DNA of 64,000 nucleotides from Cellvibrionaceae bacterium. GTDB taxonomy: Bacteria; Pseudomonadota; Gammaproteobacteria; Pseudomonadales; Cellvibrionaceae. Under the pieces are notes generated by a model. It saw nothing but the letters and a program-made list of their open reading frames with translations, did not search any database and was not told the origin of the DNA. Below, piece by piece: positions 42,414 to 51,526 of this stretch. The position numbers and the translations under genes were made by a program. Location of the stretch: the NCBI GenBank assembly GCA_050300015.1, contig JBNKWZ010000008.1, forward strand, positions 125,393 to 189,392, written 5' to 3'. Position 1 is the stretch's first letter. The number at the start of each line of letters is the position of its first letter.

Positions 42414-43360
42414 GGGGATTCACTTAAAGTGGCTTGTACGGGTACCCCGACAGGCAGTGATTGATCACCGGGTAGGTTGATTTCTGCAAGGTACATTAGG
42501 CGCGCCCGATCCCGTTCGTTGAGTGCGTAATAGGGGGTAAAGGCCGGTTCGAGCGAAATCCATCGCACTTTTCCATGAAGGGGCTCCGCCATACCATCCA
42601 TGGTCACGATCATTTCTGTGCCAACTGTGACTTTCGCGCGCCATGCCTCGGGTATGTAAACGCGGGCGTAAGCATTGGTGTCGGTCAGTAATACGGCCAC
42701 AGCGGTACCGCTGGCGACGCGCTCGCCCTCGTTCCAGGGTAAAGCATCCAAATACCCTGTGCGAGTGGCCGTAATACTCAGGTCATTCAAGGCCAGTTTT
42801 TCCAATTCCCATTGGGCCTTGGCGGCCTTAAATTGCGCTTCAGCTTGGTCTAATGTTTCTTTGCGGGTGCCATTGGTAAGCGCCAGTAAGTGCTTTTCGG
42901 CGGACTTTAATGCTGCGTTGGCCGAATCGCGCGCGGCCAGAGCTTGGTCTAATGCGCTGGCCGCGCTCAAGTGTTTGTCTTGCAGCTCTTTGGCGCGGGT
43001 GTAGTTTTTCTCGGCCACTTTCACCTCGGCCTGGGCGCCTTCCACACTCGCTTTAGCGGCATCGATATCTTCTTCGCGGGCGCCGTTTTTCAACTGATCC
43101 CACTGAGCCTTGGCGCTTTCCATTTCGGCTTTGGCTTTGGAGACCTTGGCCATTTGGCGACGATCGTCCAGTTGTACCAGCAGGGTTCCTGCAGTGACCG
43201 TTTGACCTTCTTTTATGGGCAACGCGGTTATCACTTCATTGGCAGTGGCTTTCAGTACCACACGATCGCGCTCGAGGGTACCCAGCGCCTGATGAAGGGA
43301 GGTATCTTTACAGCCGCAAAGGGCGGCCAGCAATAAGGAGATCAATAGGCGCCAGAGCAT
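42410..43360 (-). CDS. HlyD-family periplasmic adaptor lipoprotein (YbhG-like)
   Basis: Lipobox LAALCGC, a long alanine/lysine-rich coiled coil, then a beta-barrel. First gene of an operon with the ABC ATPase and ABC-2 permease. Confidence 0.85.
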   Translation of the reverse strand: MLWRLLISLLLAALCGCKDTSLHQALGTLERDRVVLKATANEVITALPIKEGQTVTAGTLLVQLDDRRQMAKVSKAKAEMESAKAQWDQLKNGAREEDIDAAKASVEGAQAEVKVAEKNYTRAKELQDKHLSAASALDQALAARDSANAALKSAEKHLLALTNGTRKETLDQAEAQFKAAKAQWELEKLALNDLSITATRTGYLDALPWNEGERVASGTAVAVLLTDTNAYARVYIPEAWRAKVTVGTEMIVTMDGMAEPLHGKVRWISLEPAFTPYYALNERDRARLMYLAEINLPGDQSLPVGVPVQATLSESP

Positions 43361-43489
43361 ACGAGCCTCGCTTTCGATGTCTTAGGGTTTCCCTGTGAAC
43401 CAGGGATTGTTTCTTATTGGGCTAGGTGATGCAATCATGGGGAAGTTTCGTTAATGACATGGTACGCCAATGTGCGAAGGAGATTAACG

Positions 43490-43684
43490 ATGAATTTGTT
43501 AGATAGCCAGAAATTGCAGTGCCCTTATTGTGGTGAACCCATTGAAGTGGTGGTGGATTATACCGCTGTTGATGACGATTGGATTGAAGATTGTAGTGTG
43601 TGCTGCCGTCCAATGGAGCTAACGACATTCGAAGTGGCCTTGGGTGAATGGGTCGTAACAGCCAAGCGTGAGGATGAGGTTTAA
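43490..43684 (+). CDS. CPXCG-motif cysteine-rich zinc-ribbon protein
   Basis: Motifs CPYCGE and CSVCCRP. 64 aa from the internal MNLL start. Confidence 0.6.
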   Translation: MNLLDSQKLQCPYCGEPIEVVVDYTAVDDDWIEDCSVCCRPMELTTFEVALGEWVVTAKREDEV

Positions 43685-43747
43685 TGGCGCACGGGCCGGC
43701 GCTTTCGGTTAACATAGACGGCTTTTCAAATTCGGCTTAACAAGTTT

Positions 43748-44734
43748 ATGTCCAAAAAAACCACGATTCGGATCCAGCTGCAACCTAAAGCTCATAGTTC
43801 GCCAGCGCCACAGGCTTCTGCTCAGGAGTGGGAAATTTTGTGGGGTCGAATTTTTGGAGCGGGCGCCCTATTGGTGGGTTTAGTGGTTGCGGTCGCTTGG
43901 GGCATGCATCGGTTTGGCGCGGAGCCTGTTCCTCAAGGTGCTGAGGCTCTGCATACCGTAACACCCGTGGAGATCGCTGTCCCGTTAGACAACCGTGTGG
44001 CAGAAACCGGCATGAACCCTATTCAGGCGACTGACGAGCAAGTATCTGGCGCCTTTGCAACTGTAGAGGCTGAGGTAAAAGCGCAAATCCAGGCGTCGCA
44101 AGTAGATCAGCCGTTGGCCCAGGTGCAAAAGGCGCAACCGATAAAGAACGCTGCGTTGATTGATGGCACACCGTCAACGGCAGTGGCATCAACACCCACC
44201 GGTGAAAGCAATGGGCCAAAGTCACCAAAGGTTGCAACCGAAGCAGCTGCAGTCAGTTCTCAGCCCGAAGAGCCCAACAAAAACCTCAACCGCGCTGCAC
44301 AACTGGCACCAACCCTGGCGCAAGTGAGTGAGTTGCCTCAAGCGGTAAAAAGCGTTCGCGTGATGCAAGCTTCCAATGGTGTTGCCGAAGTGGCCATCTT
44401 GTCGCCCAAAATTAATTCTGCAGTCGTGAGTGATGAACGTGTTCAGCGTGAGCCCGGTAGGGCGTTGCCAAAAACGTTACGCATGGGCGCGTCTGATTTA
44501 TTAACGGTCTATTTCTTTACCGACTATCGCAATTTACAGGGCCAATGGGTATACCACGATTGGTATCTGAACGGGAAGAGAATGGCACGGGTAAAATCAC
44601 GCCCTCACAAGCAAAACTTCAGCGCCTATTCCAGCAAATACATTGACCGCCATATGACCGGTGACTGGCAGGTGAAGGTGGTGGATGAAAATAACCAGTT
44701 GTTGGCGCGAACAGGGTTTGAAGTGCTTCCCTAA
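43748..44734 (+). CDS. DUF2914-domain membrane protein
   Basis: Single TM helix (ALLVGLVVAVAWG) followed by a P/A/Q-rich linker. C-terminal TVYFFTDYRNLQGQWVYHDWYLNGKRM...GDWQVKVVDENNQLLARTGFEV is typical of DUF2914. Confidence 0.65.
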   Translation: MSKKTTIRIQLQPKAHSSPAPQASAQEWEILWGRIFGAGALLVGLVVAVAWGMHRFGAEPVPQGAEALHTVTPVEIAVPLDNRVAETGMNPIQATDEQVSGAFATVEAEVKAQIQASQVDQPLAQVQKAQPIKNAALIDGTPSTAVASTPTGESNGPKSPKVATEAAAVSSQPEEPNKNLNRAAQLAPTLAQVSELPQAVKSVRVMQASNGVAEVAILSPKINSAVVSDERVQREPGRALPKTLRMGASDLLTVYFFTDYRNLQGQWVYHDWYLNGKRMARVKSRPHKQNFSAYSSKYIDRHMTGDWQVKVVDENNQLLARTGFEVLP

Positions 44735-44735
44735 T

Positions 44736-44782
44736 CTATTAACCCGGCAATCTTTTAGGTTGGATTAATACGGGGTTAATAG
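44736..44782 (+). mobile_element. MITE-like repeat copy F (minimal 47-bp form: TIR CTATTAACCC, 27-bp core, TIR GGGTTAATAG)
   Basis: Perfect 10-bp TIRs. Wedged exactly between the stop codons of two convergent genes (TAA at 44732-44734, minus-strand TAG at 44785-44787). Confidence 0.65.
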
Positions 44783-44784
44783 CT

Positions 44785-46101
44785 CTAGTGTTTTAGAAAT
44801 TTAGACAAAAAGCCGCGCTTGGGCTCGAACAAAAATCGATGCGCATCCTGCACCAAGGTTTGGGGTACAGCCTGCACCGGCAAGCCGCGTTTAATCATCA
44901 GTTTAGAGGAGGATTCATCGCCTCGACGGGCCAAGTCTAAGTCTACAATTCTGAATTCGGTATAGGGCTTCCCTGAGCGTCTAATCAGTGGAATTACTGA
45001 GGCTTGAATCCGCTTTTCATAGCTGTTTTCCACCACCATGGCCACGGTGCCATTGCTAATTTGTACCACACTGCCTGTGGGATAAATGCCAATGGCTTGC
45101 ACAAAAGCTTCCACCAGAGGCGCATCAAACAATTGGCCCTTCAGTTTGTTGAGGCGAGATATCGCTTGCGCCGGGGATAGGGCGTGCTGGTTAAAAGGGT
45201 GCACCAGGTATTCAAAGGTATCTACCAGCCCCACGATGCGCGCGTGAAATGGAATGTTATTGCTTGCCAAGCGATTGGGGTAACCGCTGCCGTCGTGTCG
45301 TTCACAGTAATGCTTTAGGGTGTTGATGACATCCTTACAGGAAAAATGCTCCTGCTCCAGTTGGTACGTGATTTCACTTAGGTGCTCACGATAGGCTTCA
45401 GAATGCTGCAATACGTTGTGCGATTTGAGCGTCTTGTCGCTCAAGGTGCTTTTGCCAATGCCAGTGAGCATTTGTGCCAAGCTCACATGCAACAGAGAAA
45501 ACCGGTTTAAGCCCAACTGCCTGCCCACTATCCCCGCCCACACCGCAGAGCGCACCATATGCAAGAGTACGGGCTTGCGGGTTTGCATGATTTGACACAC
45601 CCAAGCCAGGGCGTCGGGGTTACGAATGATGCTTTCCATCAGATCTGAAGTGCACTCCACCAATGGCTCAAGGTGCAGGGATTGGTGTCCAGCAACACGT
45701 TGATGCAACAAGGTGACCTGGTGCTCAACTAGGGCGATCAACGGGGTAACCTGTTTGAGTTCGTCGGTCATCTTTGAGCTGACCGAGTAGTGCTCAACGC
45801 AGTGACGTCGTTTCCATTTAGAGGGTTCGATAAACAGTGGCGATGTCTTGGGGCTGACAATACGGGCTACAGGTGGCTTATGTCGTTTGGCTGTGGACAG
45901 GGGGGCTCTGCGTGAACGACGCTGATCCACATACACGGTCTGGCAAAATCGTGTGAGGGTATCGATATCCTTTTGGCTTTCGATGGCAAGCCCTTGCAGG
46001 GGAAATGGGGTGTCCGACCAGGGGCGATCCAAGCGCGAGATGTACATACCCACTTCCAGGGCGCTCACTGAGACCGCCTTTTCTACCAGTTCCATGCTCA
46101 T
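44785..46101 (-). CDS. HD-GYP domain protein with degenerate HD dyad (TG instead of HD), N-terminal DUF3391-like
   Basis: GYP motif HYCERHDGSGYPNRL is present. The upstream metal-binding position reads AQMLTGIGK where HD-GYP phosphodiesterases have LLHDIGK. Confidence 0.8.
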   Translation of the reverse strand: MSMELVEKAVSVSALEVGMYISRLDRPWSDTPFPLQGLAIESQKDIDTLTRFCQTVYVDQRRSRRAPLSTAKRHKPPVARIVSPKTSPLFIEPSKWKRRHCVEHYSVSSKMTDELKQVTPLIALVEHQVTLLHQRVAGHQSLHLEPLVECTSDLMESIIRNPDALAWVCQIMQTRKPVLLHMVRSAVWAGIVGRQLGLNRFSLLHVSLAQMLTGIGKSTLSDKTLKSHNVLQHSEAYREHLSEITYQLEQEHFSCKDVINTLKHYCERHDGSGYPNRLASNNIPFHARIVGLVDTFEYLVHPFNQHALSPAQAISRLNKLKGQLFDAPLVEAFVQAIGIYPTGSVVQISNGTVAMVVENSYEKRIQASVIPLIRRSGKPYTEFRIVDLDLARRGDESSSKLMIKRGLPVQAVPQTLVQDAHRFLFEPKRGFLSKFLKH

Positions 46102-46259
46102 GGTTCCGCGCTCACTTTGCTTTACTACCGGGGTCGCCTGACAATTTTTGTCAAAAATGTACTTAAAGCGTAGAGGGTGTAAAAGTAAAAGACAATGAAA
46201 GAAAAGGCGTTAAGCAATATTCGAATCAACGCATAAAATTTAGATTTAAACGTTCTAAA

Positions 46260-46946
46260 TCAGATAGATAGGGGCAGAGAAGTTGGCATAGATTTGTGGT
46301 CCAGCCAGTCAATCAGCGGCTCCCAGGCGTCTATATCATCTTTTGTGCGGTTGCTTTTTAACTCGTGGATGCCGAGCCCTAAATCAGAGGCTTTTACATA
46401 TTGAGTGGTGTCTCTGAGGGTTGTGATAAAGGGGATGCCCAAAGAATCCAAAAAGCGACACAGGCGGTGATAGACCAAAGCGTTTTTGCGTACACGGTTG
46501 GCTACTACGGCAATACGCTCTCGCCGTTTGTGTTGCTTGGCCACGAGTAGCAGGTCGGCAATACAGTGTGAGGCGGCGTGAATGTCGATGTCCGAAGGCA
46601 ATACCGGGATCAGAATGGCATCGGCTTTGTCCAGCATATGCGAAAACCCCGTTAAATCCAGGCCTGCGGGAGAGTCCACCACCACATTTTGGGTGTCGGG
46701 CTCGGCCCTTAAAAACCAACTGCGGGTGACACTGTGGGTATGTTTATAGGCGGGAATAGATTGAATCGGCGGCAAATGGCTGGCGCGTTTGCTCAACCAA
46801 AAGGTGGCCGAACCTTGGCCATCATAATCGATCAATGCCGTTTTTCGGCCTTGCTGAGCATAATAGGCGGCTAAATTGGTGGCCAGGGTGGTTTTGCCGG
46901 AGCCACCTTTGGAGTTCAACACAACAACACGTTTTGGGTCAGACAT
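46260..46946 (-). CDS. Orphan ParA/MinD-family ATPase (no cognate ParB adjacent)
   Basis: Start at the internal MSDPKRVVVLNSKGGSGKTT (deviant Walker A). The track ORF extends further upstream but would collide with the divergent neighbour. Confidence 0.78.
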   Translation of the reverse strand: MSDPKRVVVLNSKGGSGKTTLATNLAAYYAQQGRKTALIDYDGQGSATFWLSKRASHLPPIQSIPAYKHTHSVTRSWFLRAEPDTQNVVVDSPAGLDLTGFSHMLDKADAILIPVLPSDIDIHAASHCIADLLLVAKQHKRRERIAVVANRVRKNALVYHRLCRFLDSLGIPFITTLRDTTQYVKASDLGLGIHELKSNRTKDDIDAWEPLIDWLDHKSMPTSLPLSI

Positions 46947-47077
46947 AGCGGTACAACTTTTGATTCTCCGTAGTGTGAGTATAGAAGCTCCCATGAGGCG
47001 TGCAGGGCAATATAGCGATTGCCTCATCACGGGTTTCGGCGTATACCGACGTTTTTTAACAGAGGTGAGCAACGACT

Positions 47078-47761
47078 ATGTGCGCTGTAGGCTTGACGTT
47101 GATAAAGGGTCACCAGGGCAGTGGTGGTGATGACGAAGACACGCTCTTCAACGCGATTGCTGCGAGCATCCGTACAAAAGGCTATGCGGTGTTACCGGGC
47201 GTACTGCCCGCACAGGTGACCGATAATTTAATGGAAACGCTCGCGCGTACACACGAGGCTTCGTTTAATCAAGCCGGTGTTGGGCGCGGCGAACAGCAGC
47301 TGTTAAACCCTTTTATTCGCCGCGATAAGATCCATTGGATCGACCCTGTATCTGCCAATGCCCAAGATTGGTTGGCGTGGACTGCGCGCTTGCAAGTGGC
47401 GCTCAATCGGAGCCTGTTGTTGGGGTTATTTTCGTTCGAGAGTCATTTCGCCATTTATGAACCTGGCGACTTTTATCAAAAACACGTGGATGCCTTTAAA
47501 GGGGCGAGTAACCGTGTGCTGTCTATTGTTACCTACCTCAATCGCGATTGGGAGCCCAACCAAGGTGGTGAATTGGTGTTGTACCACCCTTCGACAGACG
47601 ATGTGCTCACTAAAGTCACTCCGGCATTTGGTACAGTTGTGGTGTTTCTCAGTGAAGAATTTCCCCATGAGGTGTTGGCGGCGAACCGCACGCGTTATAG
47701 TGTGGCAGGGTGGTTTCGCGTCAATACCTCCCTTCCGTACCGAGTGGACCCGCCAAGATAG
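47078..47761 (+). CDS. 2OG-Fe(II) oxygenase, prolyl-4-hydroxylase-like
   Basis: HVDAF...NRVLSIVTYLNRDWEPNQGGELVLY...H gives the HxD...H facial triad pattern of P4H/PhyH-like enzymes. Confidence 0.7.
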   Translation: MCAVGLTLIKGHQGSGGDDEDTLFNAIAASIRTKGYAVLPGVLPAQVTDNLMETLARTHEASFNQAGVGRGEQQLLNPFIRRDKIHWIDPVSANAQDWLAWTARLQVALNRSLLLGLFSFESHFAIYEPGDFYQKHVDAFKGASNRVLSIVTYLNRDWEPNQGGELVLYHPSTDDVLTKVTPAFGTVVVFLSEEFPHEVLAANRTRYSVAGWFRVNTSLPYRVDPPR

Positions 47762-47825
47762 TGCTTGAGTTGTCGCATCCATCACCGGTTATACACAGAC
47801 ACAAGAGGAGCCACCCGGCAACGCT

Positions 47826-48647
47826 TTGAAGTTTATAACGTTACGCGGATTAGAACTCGCTTACTGCGATGAAGGTACGGGTACGCCCGTGGTCATGGTG
47901 CATTGCTCCAGTGGCAATCACCGCATGTGGTTGCCCTACCAGGTGCAAAATCAACATCGCTTAGTGGCACCGGATTTCTATGGTTATGGGCAATCGGAGA
48001 TTTTTGATGCGGCGCATGCTGTCGATGGTGATGTGGACATTGAGTTTGTGAAGGCATTGGTGAATAAATTGGAATCGCCAGTGCATATTGTTGGGCACTC
48101 CTACGGCGGTGCTGTGGTTCTGGAGGTTATGCGTCGGTTTGCCGAGCAGGCGCCTCAAAAAATCAAAAGTGCGTGCTTAATCGAGCCGGTGGCGTTTCAC
48201 CTGCTTCGGGAAGATGCCCACTCACAAAATGAGTGGCAAGTCACATCCAGTTTAGGCGAACGTTTTATTCACGACTGTGGGCTTGGTAAAACACAAAGAG
48301 CCAGCCGAATGTACATGCAATTTTGGATTGGTCGTGTAGGCTGGTGGCTAATGGGTCGTCACAATCAACAAAAAATAGCCAGTACTGCACGAAAAGTCGC
48401 GCTAGAGTTTCGTATGGCTTGGGCCGATGACTTAAAGCCTGAGCAACATGGTGTGATTCAAACACCAACGCTATTATTATACGGTGCGAATACCCCTCGC
48501 CCGGCAAAGCGAATGATCGAATTATTGTACCGATACTTACCGGTCAGCCAAGTTTCAGAGATTCCCAAGGCGGGCCACCTTTGCCCCATAACACATGTGA
48601 ACGACGTCAAGGCACAGTTGCAGGCGCATTGGCAAGCGCACGCTTAA
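47826..48647 (+). CDS. Alpha/beta-fold hydrolase
   Basis: Nucleophile elbow VGHSYGG and N-terminal HGxP-like VVMVHCSSGN. Confidence 0.8.
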   Translation: MKFITLRGLELAYCDEGTGTPVVMVHCSSGNHRMWLPYQVQNQHRLVAPDFYGYGQSEIFDAAHAVDGDVDIEFVKALVNKLESPVHIVGHSYGGAVVLEVMRRFAEQAPQKIKSACLIEPVAFHLLREDAHSQNEWQVTSSLGERFIHDCGLGKTQRASRMYMQFWIGRVGWWLMGRHNQQKIASTARKVALEFRMAWADDLKPEQHGVIQTPTLLLYGANTPRPAKRMIELLYRYLPVSQVSEIPKAGHLCPITHVNDVKAQLQAHWQAHA

Positions 48648-48773
48648 AAAGCGCTTGTTCTTGCCCTAAAGATAATTAAAAAGTTTTGAACCATTGAAAC
48701 ACTAGCCAATTCGCACAGTGGCGCCAGTGTTTTAAGGGCGGTGATCAAAAAGGTAAGGAGGAGCTATTTGATC

Positions 48774-48811
48774 ACCGGGTTAATATCCCCCTGAGTTACC
48801 TAAACCCGGTG
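48774..48811. repeat. Degenerate mini-copy of the MITE-like repeat (hairpin CACCGGGTT...AACCCGGTG containing GGGTTAATA / TAAACCC)
   Basis: Shares the GGGTTAAT TIR core. Overlaps the stop codon of the minus-strand gene ending at 48796. Confidence 0.4.
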
Positions 48812-49962
48812 AGGTCGGAACCAAGCACGGCTTCTTGGTCCACAAAAATGCCGCTTTGCCGAAGGGTTGGCAGTATAACTTCATCGGTATAGACACAACC
48901 GGTGGTCTCGGGGTCCACTTGGAATTCCTTCCCGCAGGTTGTGTGACCATGACCTTCGCCGCGCTCTACCATGGTAAGTAATGGACGATAGCCTGCCTGC
49001 CAAGCCACTAAGGCTGTAAAACTTTGGCGCAGATTTTTTAAAATGGCACATCCGGCAAAATCCAAATCTCCCCAAAAATGGGTGGGCCAATCTTCGTGAC
49101 TGCGTTCAAACCACCAGTTTTGAAATTGTTTCACCGACGCCAGATGCTGGCCGCCACTTAAAATCGCAAACGCTGCATTGCCCTGATCGCGCACGCGTGG
49201 CGCGCTACCAGAAAAACCTGCGCTGTATACCAGTGCAGTATGAGAGGGGTTCAAATTGTTGAGTAGGTGAAAAGTGTCTTGATTTTCCACAAATAGGACG
49301 CTTTCAATGTGCTCGGGCAATGTTATATTCAGAAGGATTGGACGTGGGGTGACCAGGTGACTAATGCTGGGATAGAGGGTCTGAATCAAACCTTCACGAC
49401 GATCTAAAAATTTCGAATCCCCCCAAAAGCATCGAGCAGACAAGGCGCGTAAACTCATGGGTTTGCGTAGTTCGCTGCCAATTTTTGCAAAGCCTTTCAA
49501 AATATGTTCTGGGGATTTATGTGAAACACGAATAGTCTCTGCCAAAGCCTCACCAAAATCTTCAAACTGGTGCGACATCTTTTGTAAGGACTTTTCCCAT
49601 AATAAAGCATAGGGATCGAGGCGAGGGCGGTTTAACCACTCGCGAACCAAGGCTTCTTTTTCTGGAACAAAATTAACGTGCGCGCCTTCATACGGTGGTT
49701 GGTAGGGCTTGGTGGGCACGAGCTTAATTGAAAGAATATGATATTCCTTGTCTAGCGCTTTGATTAAGGCCCAGAGGTATGCGGGGTCGTAGTCGAGGGT
49801 GTTGTAAAGCTCCGGTAAGTTTTTGCTGGAGATTCGTATACTTAAGCGCTCGATTTGTTCGACCTTATCTAAAAATCGTGAGAGTAAATTTTGCAGGATG
49901 GGTTCTTCATCGAGCCAGTGAGGGCGGCGGGGAAACACATCGGGTTTGGGTTCTGCCATCAT
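48796..49962 (-). CDS. Orphan Toprim-like protein resembling Wadjet JetD / DUF3322-DUF2220
   Basis: C-terminal half has a Toprim-like acidic pattern VLFVENQDTF ... FWGDLDFAGCAIL (E ... DxD). 388 aa with no TM. No jetABC/SMC genes nearby. Confidence 0.5.
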   Translation of the reverse strand: MMAEPKPDVFPRRPHWLDEEPILQNLLSRFLDKVEQIERLSIRISSKNLPELYNTLDYDPAYLWALIKALDKEYHILSIKLVPTKPYQPPYEGAHVNFVPEKEALVREWLNRPRLDPYALLWEKSLQKMSHQFEDFGEALAETIRVSHKSPEHILKGFAKIGSELRKPMSLRALSARCFWGDSKFLDRREGLIQTLYPSISHLVTPRPILLNITLPEHIESVLFVENQDTFHLLNNLNPSHTALVYSAGFSGSAPRVRDQGNAAFAILSGGQHLASVKQFQNWWFERSHEDWPTHFWGDLDFAGCAILKNLRQSFTALVAWQAGYRPLLTMVERGEGHGHTTCGKEFQVDPETTGCVYTDEVILPTLRQSGIFVDQEAVLGSDLTGFR

Positions 49963-50557
49963 AAGAACGCTCCTTATGGTTTACGCATCGGGCAAGGCCC
50001 CGGCGGCGCTTGGTTGGCTGCAATGTGCGCGCCACCGTTACCAAAAACCGCGTCGTTTGGCAGCGGGCCAAGCGCTTCGTGTCTTTCCCAGACCGGTTGC
50101 GCCTTATGGTCGGCTCAAGCGGCACTGATCTGTACAAGACCATAGCCTCATACGTTTGACTCCTAAGGTCAAGTAATATTCCCTCATAGTCTGCGCCGAC
50201 TTACGGGGCATTTGACTTTAAAATGGCACACAATGTGAGCCCTGTGTGGTCAAAAGCGCACCCCCGAATTTTTATCACCAGCCCACTCCGTGAAACATGG
50301 ATGTAAAAGTAAGCGTCCGGTGCCATTGTTGGGGGTTGGGTCAGTAACGTTTGGTAGCGCATTGAACCCATTCGTATATTGCTACATTTGCCTCAACGGC
50401 TTTTAAAGTGCGCTCGAACTTGGGAGGAGGCTTTATTTCCCAAGGAATTGTCTAGGGGCTTTTACGCCTTCAGCTAGGTTAAAATCGCCCTTTGGCGTGT
50501 AGAACTGATTACCATCTTCACGCCCTCTAAAGTGTTTTGGCAAGGCGTCTGATGACT

Positions 50558-51262
50558 CTAGGCCGCGGTGGCCTCCAGGTAGCCCCAGCCCAATGACCTG
50601 CCGCCTTCATCAACTTGCATCACAATGGGAGTGCCCGTTGGAATTTCAAAAGCTTCCACCTGACGCTCGCTCATACCACCCAACGCCATAATCAGGGCTC
50701 GTAAGGTATTGCCGTGCGCGGCAATCAGTAGCCTTTGTTCGTTTTGCAGCTGCGGTATAACGGATGTTTGCCAAAAATCCACAACACGGTTGCGTGTATC
50801 GGCCAAGCTCTCTACAGCAGGTAATAGGTGTTCGGGTAGGTCTTTAAACTGCTCAGAAAACCTGGGATGTCGAGGGTCTGTTAAGCTTAGGGCCGGCGCG
50901 GTATCTCGGTACCCTCTGCGCCACCGCCATACTTGTTTCTCACCCACCTTTTCGATCAACGCCTGTTTGCTTTCTCCCTGCAATGCCCCGTAATGACGTT
51001 CGTTAAGGCGCCAATCTGAAATCATTGTAGCGGTGTTTTGCCCTAGGGACCCCAAAATAATCCGCGCCGTGAGCATGGCCCTTTGCAGGCGAGAACTAAA
51101 GGTTTGGTCAAAATAGAAGCCCCGTTCGCGCAGCAGTCTTCCGGCGCGCTCAGCCTCTGCCATGCCTTGTGACGTAAGCGGCGGATTTGCCCAGCCAGTA
51201 AAGCGGCCCTCGGCATTCCAGGTACTTTGAGCGTGTCGAATCAATACCACATTGTGTGTTTT
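50558..51262 (-). CDS. gpmA: 2,3-bisphosphoglycerate-dependent phosphoglycerate mutase
   Basis: Start at the internal MKTHNVVLIRHAQSTWNAEGRFTGW (catalytic RHG-type His). C-terminal HGNTLRAL motif. Confidence 0.9.
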   Translation of the reverse strand, partial: KTHNVVLIRHAQSTWNAEGRFTGWANPPLTSQGMAEAERAGRLLRERGFYFDQTFSSRLQRAMLTARIILGSLGQNTATMISDWRLNERHYGALQGESKQALIEKVGEKQVWRWRRGYRDTAPALSLTDPRHPRFSEQFKDLPEHLLPAVESLADTRNRVVDFWQTSVIPQLQNEQRLLIAAHGNTLRALIMALGGMSERQVEAFEIPTGTPIVMQVDEGGRSLGWGYLEATAA

Positions 51263-51266
51263 CATA

Positions 51267-51470
51267 TTAAGCCTCCAAGGTTTGGGCTGAGGGCGTATTG
51301 GACTGGACATTGCCTGTCCAGAATTTCTCGTGAAACCAATAGGCCACGGTGTTTACGGTGGGCTCGACGATGGCCACCAGGCCTCCCACCAAAAGATCGC
51401 CCGTGAGTAACCAGGCCACACTGAAGGCAATGGAAAAATGCATACAAGCAAAGGAAACGGTCTTTTTCAT
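51267..51470 (-). CDS. DUF2061-like small membrane protein
   Basis: 67 aa with two TM segments. Four bp upstream of gpmA on the same strand. Confidence 0.55.
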   Translation of the reverse strand: MKKTVSFACMHFSIAFSVAWLLTGDLLVGGLVAIVEPTVNTVAYWFHEKFWTGNVQSNTPSAQTLEA

Positions 51471-51507
51471 GGTTTTTAACAGCCTTTTCGTAATGTCATG
51501 CTTTCAG

Positions 51508-51526
51508 TGTAATGAGAATCATTATC
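51508..51526. promoter_or_regulatory. Fur box candidate TGTAATGAGAATCATTATC (16/19 match to GATAATGATAATCATTATC)
   Basis: Seen in sequence 38 bp upstream of the DUF2061-gpmA start. gpmA is Fur-regulated in E. coli. Confidence 0.55.

Noticed and set aside
49891-50145. ORFs overlapping the start of the JetD-like gene and the GC-rich spacer
   Set aside because: G/A/P-rich low-complexity translations of GC-rich DNA, with no RBS.
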